Positions 10,222-20,694 are shown, numbered from the stretch's first letter. The stretch: DNA of 40,066 nt from Chrysochromulina tobinii (GCA_001275005.1 JWZX01003264.1:1-40066); one strand, 5' to 3'. The notes: generated by a model not told the origin, from the letters alone. Made by a program: numbers and translations.

Positions 10222-10476
10222 GTTGCTGCGCTTTGTTTGTGCGACTCGAGCAAAAACAGGGCAAGTATAATGTGAGAGTACTGTACCGGTAGCCTATTCA
10301 TAGAACGGGGTGTGAAGGAGGCACATGTTTCGCGGGAAAAGACAGGCGGGGTACATGTATCGGGAAAAGACATGTATCGTCACCCTTCCACATAATGGAG
10401 CTGTGAAGACAAGTAGTGGGGGGCCGTTTACGTGAAGTGTGTGTTCATACAAGTAGAAGACGAGCGAGCGATCACC

Positions 10477-12141
10477 ATGTCACTGGATTCAGTCGCGCCC
10501 ATCGCAGGATTCGGGGTCGCGTTGCTGCTCGCGCCGCCTCTGAGCCGGTGGTCGGGACAGCCAGTCATCACGATGCACCTGCTGATCGGGCTGCTCACGC
10601 AGTTGCTCTCAGGCACGCGCATGCCGTCCATCTTTGCGCCCGCGCACAATGCGGCTTTAGCTTGCATCACGCTTGCAGCGGGTTCCGAGCTCGTCGTGGC
10701 GGAGCTTCGACGTAACGCGCGCTCCATTGCGTACATATCGTGCATGATCACGCTCTTCACCATCGCATGCGTCTTCACAGCGTTCGTACTTGTCGGTGAT
10801 ACCCTGGCGAGCCAGGCGGGCAGCGGCAACTCGGTCGCCGATGCCAATCTGCGGCGCGTGCAGGCGATGCTCGCCGCGGTTGTGGCCGTCGGCCGGTCGC
10901 CCTCGTCGGCGATGGCCATTGTGAGCGAGCTGCAGGCCGAGGGGCCCTTGACGACGACCATGCTCTCGGTAACGATGGTGTCGGACGTGCTCGTGATCTT
11001 GCTCTTCACTGCGGCTTGCGAGCTCGCGCACGTGCTTTACAGCGGACACGTCCTTCAATCGACACGTGCTGTCATGACGCTCGAGGGCACGATCATCTCC
11101 TTCTGCTCGACGGTCGCCATCCAAATCGGGCTGTCGGTGGTGCACGGCATCGCGCTCGCCTACCTCTGCCTCCCGATCCTCGACCTCGACGAGCTCCGCA
11201 GCCACGGCCGAGCCCAACATGGCGCCACGCGGGCCCCTGTTGCTGCTGTCTGGGCGGAGGAGTACGACGCGCCTTCGCCCCCGCCGAGCACGAGAGCGAG
11301 CGAAGGCGAGGAGGAGGACGAGGAGAAGGTCGAGAGCGTGTCAGGGTGGGTGCGCTCGGCGGCGCAGCCGGCGTTGCTGCTTGTGCTGGGTGGCTACGCT
11401 TTCGGCGCCGAGGCGCTTCTCAAGCGGCTGGCGACCATGCTCAGCCTGTGGCTCTACCACGCGCCGTGGCCGAACGTGGACAGCTTGCGCCTCGAGCCCA
11501 TGCTTGCATGCATGGTGGGGGGCTTTTGGTTGTGCAATGTGCTCCGGCGGCGCACCCAACTCCGACGGCTTCTGAACACTTGCCTGCCCCCACTGATCGC
11601 CTTCTTCTTCTTCACGACGGGCACCGCCATGCGCGTGCACCAGCTCCGGCTCGCGTGGCCGTTCGCGGTCACCGTCTTCTACTCGCGCGCGCTCGGCATC
11701 TTTGTGGGAAACTACACGGGCGTGGCGCTCGCGGCCCGGCATGCAGTGTGCGTGGGCGAACGTACGGACGAGGAGCGCCGTCGCGGGCACAGCGGGCCGG
11801 CAGAGTCCACGTGCGCGGGCGTGCAGTGCTATGGCTGGGCGGCCTACGTGACGCAGGCGGGCATCACCCTCGGGTTGACAGATGAGCTCGCCGCCGTCTT
11901 CCCCACATGGGGGCCCGCTCTCCAGGCGCCCCTGATCTCGTCAGTCCTCCTGACCCAGATCGTCGGGCCGCCGCTGCTCAAGGCGGCGCTCACGTACGCT
12001 GGCGAGGCGCACGCGTTGAGTCCCTTTGCGCGCCGCCCGGCACACCGCCCGTTGCTTGGCAGTCGCGACTCGATGGTGGAATTTGCGGACGTGGCGGACT
12101 CGCCTGACATCCGGCGAGCCTCCGATGCCGATAGCGGATGA
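10477..12141 (+). CDS. Cation/H+ exchanger (CPA superfamily) membrane transporter
   Basis: Many TM helices; motifs AAGSEL, RSPSSAMAIVSELQAEGPLT, SDVLVILLF, EPMLACMVGGF, TQAGITLGL, IVGPPLLKAALTYAGEA. Confidence 0.8.
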   Translation: MSLDSVAPIAGFGVALLLAPPLSRWSGQPVITMHLLIGLLTQLLSGTRMPSIFAPAHNAALACITLAAGSELVVAELRRNARSIAYISCMITLFTIACVFTAFVLVGDTLASQAGSGNSVADANLRRVQAMLAAVVAVGRSPSSAMAIVSELQAEGPLTTTMLSVTMVSDVLVILLFTAACELAHVLYSGHVLQSTRAVMTLEGTIISFCSTVAIQIGLSVVHGIALAYLCLPILDLDELRSHGRAQHGATRAPVAAVWAEEYDAPSPPPSTRASEGEEEDEEKVESVSGWVRSAAQPALLLVLGGYAFGAEALLKRLATMLSLWLYHAPWPNVDSLRLEPMLACMVGGFWLCNVLRRRTQLRRLLNTCLPPLIAFFFFTTGTAMRVHQLRLAWPFAVTVFYSRALGIFVGNYTGVALAARHAVCVGERTDEERRRGHSGPAESTCAGVQCYGWAAYVTQAGITLGLTDELAAVFPTWGPALQAPLISSVLLTQIVGPPLLKAALTYAGEAHALSPFARRPAHRPLLGSRDSMVEFADVADSPDIRRASDADSG

Positions 12142-12547
12142 GGGGCGCCGAGCGCTTTATTATGATCTATGATGAATCGCCGATGGTGCCGATACCAGGC
12201 CGATACGTCGTCCCTCTCGATCTTCATCGGGCGGCTCGAGATCGTCGCGCCGCTGGCGTAGCTACCGGCTAGGCGGATTACGACATAATTACGACACTGA
12301 ACCGACTCGGACGGTCACGATGACGCGCCGGGGCGGCGCGCGGCCCCGGGACCCCGATATCCGGATATGTTCTCACAGTCAGGAGTCAGCAGCGAGCAGT
12401 CACACACCTGACCCTCAGTGGGGTTTTTCATATAGAGGAGCGGAGCTCTTGAGAAAAGAGTGAACTTATTAGACCAGGCACACTAAAACGCAAGCACGCC
12501 CCGTTCTAGGGCATACTAAAAATGGAGAGCGCAGTCTTGCTTACAGC

Positions 12548-13491
12548 TTAGCAGAAGGTGGTCGGGCGCGCCGCCTTGAAGGTCGTCCGGTACTTCTTGG
12601 CAATCTTCGCCACCCTGTGCGGCAGCGGGAAGCGGATGGACTGCGAGTGGAACTGCTTGACGTCGGCGCGCTTGCACTCCTCCGGCTTCAGCTCGGCCGT
12701 CTTGAGGATCTGGATGGCCTTCGACTTAGCGCGGCTGCGGCCTGCCATGTCCATGTACATCATGTTGATGGCAGCGGTGAGCGACATCTCGCGGATCTCC
12801 TTGTACGCGTTGTGAGTGCCCGTGCGCGAGTCATAGCGGAACCAGATGCCAAAGTTCTTGACCTTGAGCGGGCTCTTCTCATAGATCTGCGCGGCGGACG
12901 GGGCGGGGGCGCACACGCTTACGGTGAGCGCCACAAGCAAAGACAAAGGGTTGCGAGTACCGACGGCATGGCGCTGACGACCATCTGCCCGATGCGGCGG
13001 CAGCGGGCCCGATGATGGTGTCCGCACAACCTGGCACTGCCGAACGGCCTGCCATGGCGAGCTCCACGAAAGTCGCCAGAGTTCCCAACTCGTTGCGCCG
13101 CCACCACGTCCTCAGCCGCAGCATCCGCTATCGGCAGCCACGTTGCGGCGGCTGCTGTCGCACGCCGCACCCGCCGGCTGGCTGCGGCCCCATGCTGCGC
13201 GCTGGATGGAGCTCCGAGCATCTTGCTGCGGCGGCGATCGTGTTGGCAAGAGAGAGCGCGCACCTTGTTGATGGAAATGATCTGACCGTTGGCCTTCTTC
13301 ACGCGGCACAGCTTGCCCATGAAGTACCAGAAGCGGCTGCGCGCGACGACGTTGTTCCTCGCGAACAGGTTCATGCGGTACACCTTGCACATGGCCGAGT
13401 CCGCAGAGTACTTCTCATTGGGCACGAAGCGTCCCACCACCTGGTACTGCGACTGCCCAGTCGGCAGCGCACCCGAAGCCTTCTTGCCCAT
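12548..13491 (-). CDS. RPL18A: 60S ribosomal protein L18a (eL20); complement(join(12548..12886,13264..13491))
   Basis: YQVVGR, VYRMNLFARNNVVARSRFWYF, VKNFGIWFRYDSRTGTHNAYKE, FPLPHR; phase-0 GT-AG intron 12887-13263. Confidence 0.97.
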
Positions 13492-13504
13492 TGAAGCTGA
13501 GCGA

Positions 13505-13637
13505 CTGTGGATGCAGCAGAGGAGGGCGACCGCGTCAGACTCACGCTGCAGGCAGGCGCGCGCGGCGGTCGGGACGCACAGGGAGTGCGGGGCAGACGGG
13601 GCTCGCAGCGCTGCGTGTCCGAGCGTGGTGTGCATAC
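13505..13637 (-). other. Probable 5'-UTR intron of RPL18A
   Basis: Sense gtatgc donor at 13637 and tgcatccacag acceptor at 13505, 13 nt before the ATG. Confidence 0.5.
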
Positions 13638-13817
13638 GATGACGTCTCCGTCTCCAAGAGGCCGTGCTGTGGGGAAATTGGCGGATTGATTTTAAGCGCC
13701 GAATCCATTTGAGAAAGGCACCCGAGGCCGGCGCCGATCTCCAGAGAGTAAGATCAATAGAACACATTTCACAGGCGCTGCCCTGGGCGCGACCTCGAGT
13801 TGTCCTTTCCCCTCGGG

Positions 13818-15950
13818 ATGAACAGGCCATCGCGGACGGCGACGCTCATCCTGCTCTCCGCCGCGGCGGGCTTCCGCGCGGGCCCGCGCGTGCCGCCATT
13901 CGGCCACGCCGCCGCCGCTGCACGCTCTAGCGTCGCATGCTCTATTGCTGTGCCCGTGCCGCCCGCCGATAACGATAGGACCGTCGTGGACGGCCCCAAT
14001 GGACCCATCCTCGTGACCAAGGTCAAGGGCAGTTACTACGCCGTCGACGCGACCTGCCCTCACCTCGGCCTTCCGATGAAGCGTGGCAAGGTTGCCGACG
14101 GCGCGGACGGCGTGACGCTCACGTGCAGTTTCCACAACAGTTGCTGGGCGATGAAGGATGGAAGCTGCAAGAAATGGGTGACTGGTGCGCTCGGCATCGA
14201 GAATGAGGCTGCCGCCGGCGTCATGGGCAAGCTGGGTGGCCAGAAAAGGAGCATCAAGTCTTACAAGGTGGCCGTCAACCAGGACGGCTCGCTCACGCTT
14301 GAGTCGAACTCACTGATGCTGCCTGCACAGCCGCCTGCCGCCTCCGTGATCCGTACCATGGTGCCCGATTCGCCGTCGGGCTCCGAGTTCGAGACGCTCG
14401 GCGAGGCCGACCACGGGCCGGTCGGCGTGCTGCTGCTCTCGGTGGGCGCGCCCGAGACGCCCGACGACGTCGAGGAGTACTTGTACAACGTCTTCTGCGA
14501 CCCGGAGATTCGCACCCTGCCTCCCGCCATCTCTTGGGCGTTCAAACGGCCTCTCGCGTGGCTCATCGCGCGCGAACGCGCCGAGGAGGCGCGCGAGTCG
14601 ATGCGGCTCGCGGGCGGGCGCTCGCCGCAGCTAGCGACGATCCAGGCGCAGGCGAAGGCGCTCGGGACGGCGCTCGCTGACCGAGGCGTCGATGCGCGCC
14701 CCTTCATCGCGATGCGCTACTGGAAGCCGTTCACCGAAGATGCCGTCGAGGCCATGAAGGCGGAGGGCATCCAGAAGCTGGTGATCCTGCCGCTGTACCC
14801 ACAGTTCTCCCTCTCGACGTCGGGCTCGGCGCTGCGCGTGCTCGAGCGATTGCTCTACACGGACCCGGGCTTCCCCATGAAAACGTCCGTCGTGCCCGCG
14901 TGGTACAACCGGCCACTGCATGCATGCACGTGCTCACCACGGCGCCCTCCCCCTTCCCCACAGGTCCGTCGTGCCCGCGTGGTACAACCGGCCCGGCTTC
15001 CTGCAGGCGACGGCCAAGGGCATCGCCGATACGCTTGCCTCGCTGCCCCGCGATGCGCGGGGGACGGCGCACGTGCTGTACACGGCGCAGGGCCTGCCGC
15101 GCAAGTACGTCGACGACCTTGGCGACCCATACCAGGAGCAGGTCGAGCGGTGCGTGCAGCTGGTGAGTGACGAGCTCGGCGCGATGGGCATCGCTAACAA
15201 CCGCTCTCTCGCGTACCAAGGTACGATCGTCCCACTGAGGGCCACTGAGGGCCTTGAATGGCCTCGAATGGCCTTTGAATGGCCTCTTGCTTGCCCCAAT
15301 GGTCTCTGCGTGCCCTAATGGCCACTCCTCGCATCCTTCATCAGGCGCCTTCGGGCCGCAGCCTCTGATGACCGCTGATGACCGCTGATGAGCTCTGATT
15401 GCCTCCCTCATCAGGCGCCTTCGGGCCGCAGCAGCTGCGCTGGCTCGAGCCGTCGACCGCGTCTGAAATCGAGCGGCTTGCGGCCCAGGGAGTGCGCTCC
15501 TTAGTGCTCGTGCCCATCTCCTTTGTCTTCGAGCACATGGCCACCCTCAACGTGATGGACTGCGAGTTCGCCGGCGTCGCGGCGGCGTGCGGCATCCAGT
15601 CCTTTGTGCGCGTCCCTACCCTCGGCGTGGAAGAGACGTTCATCGGGGCGCTCGCCACGGTAGTCATGGAGGCCTTGCCCGACCTGTCGCGCCCTTCCTT
15701 CCAGCAGATCAACGCGGGCACGCCCGTCGCCCTCAATATGGTCAATGAGTACACACGGCTGTACACCAAGGACCAGCTGCAGCTAGTCCCGCAGGAGCAG
15801 CCGTGGGGCTTCACGCAGGAGGCGGAGATCATCAACGGGCGCATCGCGATGACCGCGATCACGCTCGCGCTCGCGCTCTCACTCGATCCATCGCTCAAGG
15901 CCATCGTGGCCGTCTACCGAGCCGCTGCCGGTGCCGCCGGCGCCATGTAA
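13818..15950 (+). CDS. Plastid-targeted Rieske [2Fe-2S] + ferrochelatase-like + CAB/HLIP-helix fusion; join(13818..14884,14964..15220,15415..15950)
   Basis: Signal + transit peptide (LILLSAAAG-FRAG); Rieske CPH (14055-14063)...CSFH (14124-14135); HemH-like GVLLLSVGAP, MRYWKPFTEDA, LPLYPQFSLSTSGS, GDPYQEQV, WLEPST, VPISFV; C-terminal WGFTQEAEIINGRIAM. Confidence 0.85.
14885..14963 (+). other. Intron (perfect 30-nt downstream-exon copy + cassette A)
   Basis: aaac|gtccgtcgtgcccgcgtggtacaaccggcc-actgcatgcatgcacgtgctcaccacggcgccctcccccttccccacag|gtccgtcgtgcccgcgtggtacaaccggcc. Confidence 0.92.
15221..15414 (+). other. Composite intron with degenerate decamer arrays and a duplicated acceptor (15344 and 15414)
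   Basis: catcag|gcgccttcgggccgcagc occurs twice, separated by tgatgaccgc repeats and tgattgcctccctcatcag; removal gives AYQGAFGPQQLRWLEP. Confidence 0.85.
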
Positions 15951-16520
15951 CACTGTGCCCCGGCGGCAGCGGAAGCGTCCAGCCGAACAAGGCAGCTGCC
16001 CCCCCGGGCGCGCCTTGCGGGCGCGGGCTTACCCTACTTGGTATTTGCCCGAACGAGCCACGGCTGCGGCGTGAGCGGTCCGCGGTAAACCGTAAACGCG
16101 TCGACGGCCGCGAGGGAGGCAGCTCGTCGCGCTCGTGCTCTCCTCAGCGGAGATGTCGAGACGGCGTGTGCCATAGAGCATAGTGCGCCTTTGTGTGGAG
16201 CGTGCCAACAAAGTCGCTTGGCCGTCGATCCCGACTATTCGTCTGAGGGCCGGGCAACGGGCCGTTCGAAACGGCGTCCATTCTTAACAAAGATACTCAC
16301 GTCCGACCGCGCATGCACCATTTTTCGATCCGTTTCGCTGCGCTCGACCGATCGCCCACTCCAAAAAGGGACGGGAAATGCAAGTTGCATGTCGACAGTA
16401 ATTTCAGAAATTACCCGTGTGTTCTGGTGATGTGCTTTTTTGGCATGTGCTCGGTTTCCAATTTTGGCAAGTGCTCGCATTTACTTTTTTAGATTTTGAC
16501 GAAATTTTAGTTTTCAGTTT

Positions 16521-16624
16521 GAGATTTGATGCCACCGATGACCACTGATGACATGACCTCTGATGACCACTGAGATGACCACTGATTTCCGCGGATTACC
16601 ATGACCTCGCTCCTCTCCCCACAG
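16521..16624 (+). repeat. Orphan cassette-B decamer array ending in an acceptor-like ctccccacag
   Basis: gccaccgatgaccactgatgacatgacctctgatgaccactga...cctcgctcctctccccacag|gtgg, outside any recognisable gene. Confidence 0.65.
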
Positions 16625-17738
16625 GTGGAGTTATCCAACGGCCGAGCTGTGTATCTCAAGCCAGCCGAGCAGGGGGCGCCTCAGGGTATGGATCTCGGAC
16701 GTGCGGCATGCGCGGCGCGTCGCGGCCGGTCGCTTACTCTATCGCGTTTAGGGCGGAGGCGCGGCGGCTCATCGCATAAACAACGTGTAACGTACCGTAC
16801 AAGCAGGAGGCCCGCGACCCGCGTGGTCCCTGCGTGCTGGCCGGGTTGTGCCGGGTAATATCAATGAATCTCCGATACGCATGAATGCAGGATACATACC
16901 ATAAGTAACCCTGACTCAACCCCCCAGTCCGTACAGTTCGGCCGTCCGTGGAAAGCGAACGGACAACGCAAAGGGGGGCCGCGTCGCCGTCGGCCGTCGC
17001 CTGTCTTCTTGTCGCGCTAGTGTCACGCGGCGGACGCGCCTGTGTCATGTGTGAGGTTAGTGTGAGGTCGCCCCGCGCAGAGCGGAGATAGCGGCTATCT
17101 CCCGCTCCCGGCTCACCCGCCACGCCCGGCGAGGCGGCGTGAGTTTGTTATGTGTCTATTGTGAGTCGACAGTCGTGCCCCTCCGCCTCCATCCCGGACC
17201 CTAGTCGCTGTCTAGACTAGGACGCAGAGCCCGGGCCCTCGCGAAGCTGGCCCTAGCGCCTAGGCCAGCTCTCGGGGCTGTTTGTTCATTCTTCATAAGA
17301 CATTCAGGTCCATCCTGTGCGATCTGCGATGCAACCGATACGGTCGTGCGTTACTTTGCTTGCCCCAGAAGACAACCATTCTAGCGCCTTTGGCGCTAGA
17401 ACTCAGCATGTCCCGCGACTCGCCCTGCACGCTCCAGTCATCCCACCACCCACGGGTCAACAGGCACGACAACACACTGTGAGTGTGTGACGACACTCTG
17501 TCTCGACACTCGAGTCTCGATGGACACGAACAAGTCACAACCATCCACCCCCCCCACAAACCGCAGCGACGATGGTCGATGCACCGCAACACCCGCGGTG
17601 GCGACAACGTACGTGCACACTCAGGAGGCAAGGGCGAGAGCGATGACGAGTACGAGCAAGCGAGCAGGGCAATCGACTCGTACACGCGCCGGGCGTGCCG
17701 CGACTCCCTTGCGGCGCATCACTCACTGCAGGGCAGCA

Positions 17739-18794
17739 TCACCAGTTATAATGTCGACCGATCTGATCAAGGCCACTGTAAGCATACATTCCGGTTGAGA
17801 ACCAGAAGTCGCGACGTTCACTTCCCCACGTCACGAATCCTGCTCTGCTTGCCTCCTCGAAGGAGAAGCCCGCCACCTTGCACTGGTATGGTCGATAGCC
17901 AGCAGCCTTCATCTGCTCGATCGTGAAGCCTGCCGCCTTAGCTTCCTGCGCTGTATGAGTTCCGGGTCCCAGGTGCCCTGCACTGGTGAGCTCCTCAATC
18001 GAGAAGCCAAACACGTTGCACTGGCGTGAAGTATAGCCAGCAGCCTTCATCTGCTCGATCGTGAAGCCCGCCGCCTTCGCTTCCAGCGTTGTATGAGTTT
18101 TGGGTCCCAGGTGCCCTGCACTGGTGAGCTCTTCAATCGAGAAGCCCGCCACGTTGCACTGGTACGAATCATAGCCAGCAGCCTTCATCTGCTCGATCGT
18201 GAAGCCCGCCGCCTTGGCTTCCTGCGCGCTATGAGTTTGCTTTGCTTTCATGGGATTTACATGCACCCAGCGCTGCCGCGTGGTGAGAGAGATTGGCAGA
18301 GCATTGCTACGGGTATAGCGATTGAACTCGTCGGCAGAAAGCTTGGTCAGCTGCCAGGTTGGATCATGTGCAGCAGCGCGAGCGGCAACGCTCCAATCAT
18401 TGCACACGAAAAGCAACCGGCCCAGGTGACTCAGATCCAGAAAGTAGCAAACGGCCATAAGAACGTCCAAAGTTAGATCAGTTGTACAATCCGCCGATTT
18501 TGCTCGGGCCGCAGCATCTCTAACCTCGAAGAATCTTGCTTCAGTAAGTAGGCGTCGCCGGTCGGCCTCATCTTCAATCTGTCGGCGTCGCCGCTCGGCG
18601 TGGTCGGCATCTTCACGCTCCAGAGATTCACGCCGCCGCTTCCGGCACTCAGGTGTCTCCCCAACAGACCACTGCACGCACTCTGCCTCCGCGGACGGTG
18701 CAACGCCGAGGAGGTCCAGCGGATCGGCGCTGGAGCTGGCCGTACAACAACTTGCATCCAACGTTCGGTTCGGCCAGGAGTACGGCGGCGGCAT
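17739..18794 (-). CDS. F-box protein with C-terminal 46-aa tandem repeats
   Basis: LTLDVLMAVCYFLDLSHLGRLLFVCNDWSVAA F-box; about three 138-nt repeats (THxxxEAKAAGFTIEQMKAAGY...C.V.GFSIEEL); start codon uncertain. Confidence 0.7.
   Translation of the reverse strand: MPPPYSWPNRTLDASCCTASSSADPLDLLGVAPSAEAECVQWSVGETPECRKRRRESLEREDADHAERRRRQIEDEADRRRLLTEARFFEVRDAAARAKSADCTTDLTLDVLMAVCYFLDLSHLGRLLFVCNDWSVAARAAAHDPTWQLTKLSADEFNRYTRSNALPISLTTRQRWVHVNPMKAKQTHSAQEAKAAGFTIEQMKAAGYDSYQCNVAGFSIEELTSAGHLGPKTHTTLEAKAAGFTIEQMKAAGYTSRQCNVFGFSIEELTSAGHLGPGTHTAQEAKAAGFTIEQMKAAGYRPYQCKVAGFSFEEASRAGFVTWGSERRDFWFSTGMYAYSGLDQIGRHYNW
17840..18240 (-). repeat. 138-bp coding tandem repeat (about 3 units)
   Basis: gtgccctgcactggtgagct at 17973 and 18111; ccagcagccttcatctgctcgatcgtgaagcc three times. 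Confidence 0.9.
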
Positions 18795-19481
18795 CAAAAG
18801 GTGCAAGCCCCAACCCTGGCAGTCTCGCTGCACACCAGGTCTCGCTCAATAACCATCATGTACGGATACCTCGAGGAGGAAAACGAAAGGCTTGCTTTCT
18901 TCCCGTTCCACACCGGACACGAGACATATTTTTCCTTCGTTCGTTCGTTCGTTTTATCATGAATCGAAACAGTTCTCGAATGAATTCGTGCATCGCAGCC
19001 GATTCGGCGCTACACGCCGCGCTGCCTCCGGTCCGCGAACGGACTCGCTCACTCCGCGCTGGTGCACTCTCTCCTCGTCCTCTCGATCTAGGACTAGGTT
19101 CGGAGATCCTCTGTTCATTGCCTCTGTTCCTCTCTCTCTCGCTCGAGTCGACTCTCTCCTGAAGTCTCTCCACACTCTGTCTCTCTGATAATCGGATCTC
19201 TCAGTCTGATGATCGCTCTCGCCCGCGCGGCTCCGCACATCGACCGTTACGATGCAGTCTCAGCCCGCCAGCCACGCCGCCTCTGATGACTCTCTCAATC
19301 TCTCTCAATGGACCCATGCGATTTGATTCGTGTCATTCGAGTGCCCGGTCCTACCGGGCCGCCGCCACGCTGTGCACTCGCGTCCCCGCACGCGTCCGAT
19401 GACCTCCGCGCATCTCCATCTCCATCTCTCGCTGCGCGTCCACGTGTCAGGTCCGTCCGAAGACGAGCTTCGTCAGCTCCG

Positions 19482-20483
19482 TCAGAAGACGAGCTTCTGC
19501 GTCAGGTGATCGTACCCTCCGCGGGTGTGGTCCAGCGCCCGTGCAGTCATCACCGTGTGCGGTGAGCGGCCGCGCTCAGGCGAGCTCGCTCCCCATTTGC
19601 GTGCCGTGCGAGACGATGCGTGTCGAAGCGGCGAGCCCAGCCGCATCGGCGAGCCCAGCATGCCACCGGCAATCTCGGGCGTACCTGTACCGGGGCGTGC
19701 GAAGCCGAGCGGCATGCCCAGCGGTGACGTGAGCGGCCGCAGGGGCGTGAGCGGCCGATCGGGCTGCAGTCCGAACGGCGAGTTGGGACTCGTACCGGCC
19801 CCAGGCGGAGATGGCACGCGCCCAGCCGAGTCACCCAGCGACGGCAGAGAGCCGCGCGAGGGGCTGCGCAGCGAGCCCGAGGCAGTGTGCAGCGTGCGCC
19901 GGAGCAGACGCTCCTCGGCTGCAAGCGAGGTGGCAAACGTGGACGCGCCCATGTCCCCAGGCCCGCGCTGATCCTGAGCTCTCTCCGCCTCGATCTTGTG
20001 ATCCATCTTGCTGATGAGCGCACGCTCACGGAAGAAGTCGAGCATGCGCACGCCCGGAGACGCCGATGGCAGGTGGGGCACACCATACTTGCGCAGGATC
20101 GCCTCGACTTGCGCCCGCAGAACGGTCGTGTTCTTCACCCAGACTGGGCTGGTGCCCACTCGGCGCACTGCAAAGTGCTGAAAGCTGTTGATGCTTTCGT
20201 CGGTGGACGAACCGGTGCCATAGCGGCCGTACTTATTCTCCTGGCTGCGCAGCATGAAGAGCAGGTCGCGCTCTTCGACGGAGAACATCCGGTCCTGCGC
20301 CAACAGCGGGTCGCCCAGCTGGCACAGGGGCCAGAAGGTGCGATAGTTCTTCGCGAAGACCTTGGCACACAGGGGGAGTGGCAAGCCCTTTGTGACAGCC
20401 CACTCCCAGAGGACGGCCGTTTGTACGTCGCGAAGGTCGGCGGGGTTCGCGACTTGTTTGAAATACGCTGTGCCCTGGCTCAT
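19482..20483 (-). CDS. Hypothetical protein (globular N-half, Ser/Pro-rich C-half)
   Basis: 333-aa ATG-initiated ORF with GC3-rich codons, head-to-head with the gene at 20695. Confidence 0.65.
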   Translation of the reverse strand: MSQGTAYFKQVANPADLRDVQTAVLWEWAVTKGLPLPLCAKVFAKNYRTFWPLCQLGDPLLAQDRMFSVEERDLLFMLRSQENKYGRYGTGSSTDESINSFQHFAVRRVGTSPVWVKNTTVLRAQVEAILRKYGVPHLPSASPGVRMLDFFRERALISKMDHKIEAERAQDQRGPGDMGASTFATSLAAEERLLRRTLHTASGSLRSPSRGSLPSLGDSAGRVPSPPGAGTSPNSPFGLQPDRPLTPLRPLTSPLGMPLGFARPGTGTPEIAGGMLGSPMRLGSPLRHASSRTARKWGASSPERGRSPHTVMTARALDHTRGGYDHLTQKLVF

Positions 20484-20694
20484 GTCGTGAGCCCTCTACG
20501 CGCGCAGCGCAAGCGCGAAGTCTGAGTGAGTGAGTGATTGAGTCATCGTCTCGCAGTTCCGCAAATTTCTAGGTTCGAACATGTAGAATGAAAGAGACCG
20601 TGATTCTCTACCGAGCTTACTTTCGGGTTCGACGAAATTCAAAACGCATGTCTAATTCCGCATGATGGCTGCTTCTGAGTAGCGCGCCGCCATC

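Noticed and set aside
12887..13263. Intronic snoRNA in RPL18A (vertebrate RPL18A hosts one)
   Set aside because: Some hairpin potential (agcgcca...tggcgct) but no convincing H/ACA or C/D box pair by eye; needs Infernal/snoReport
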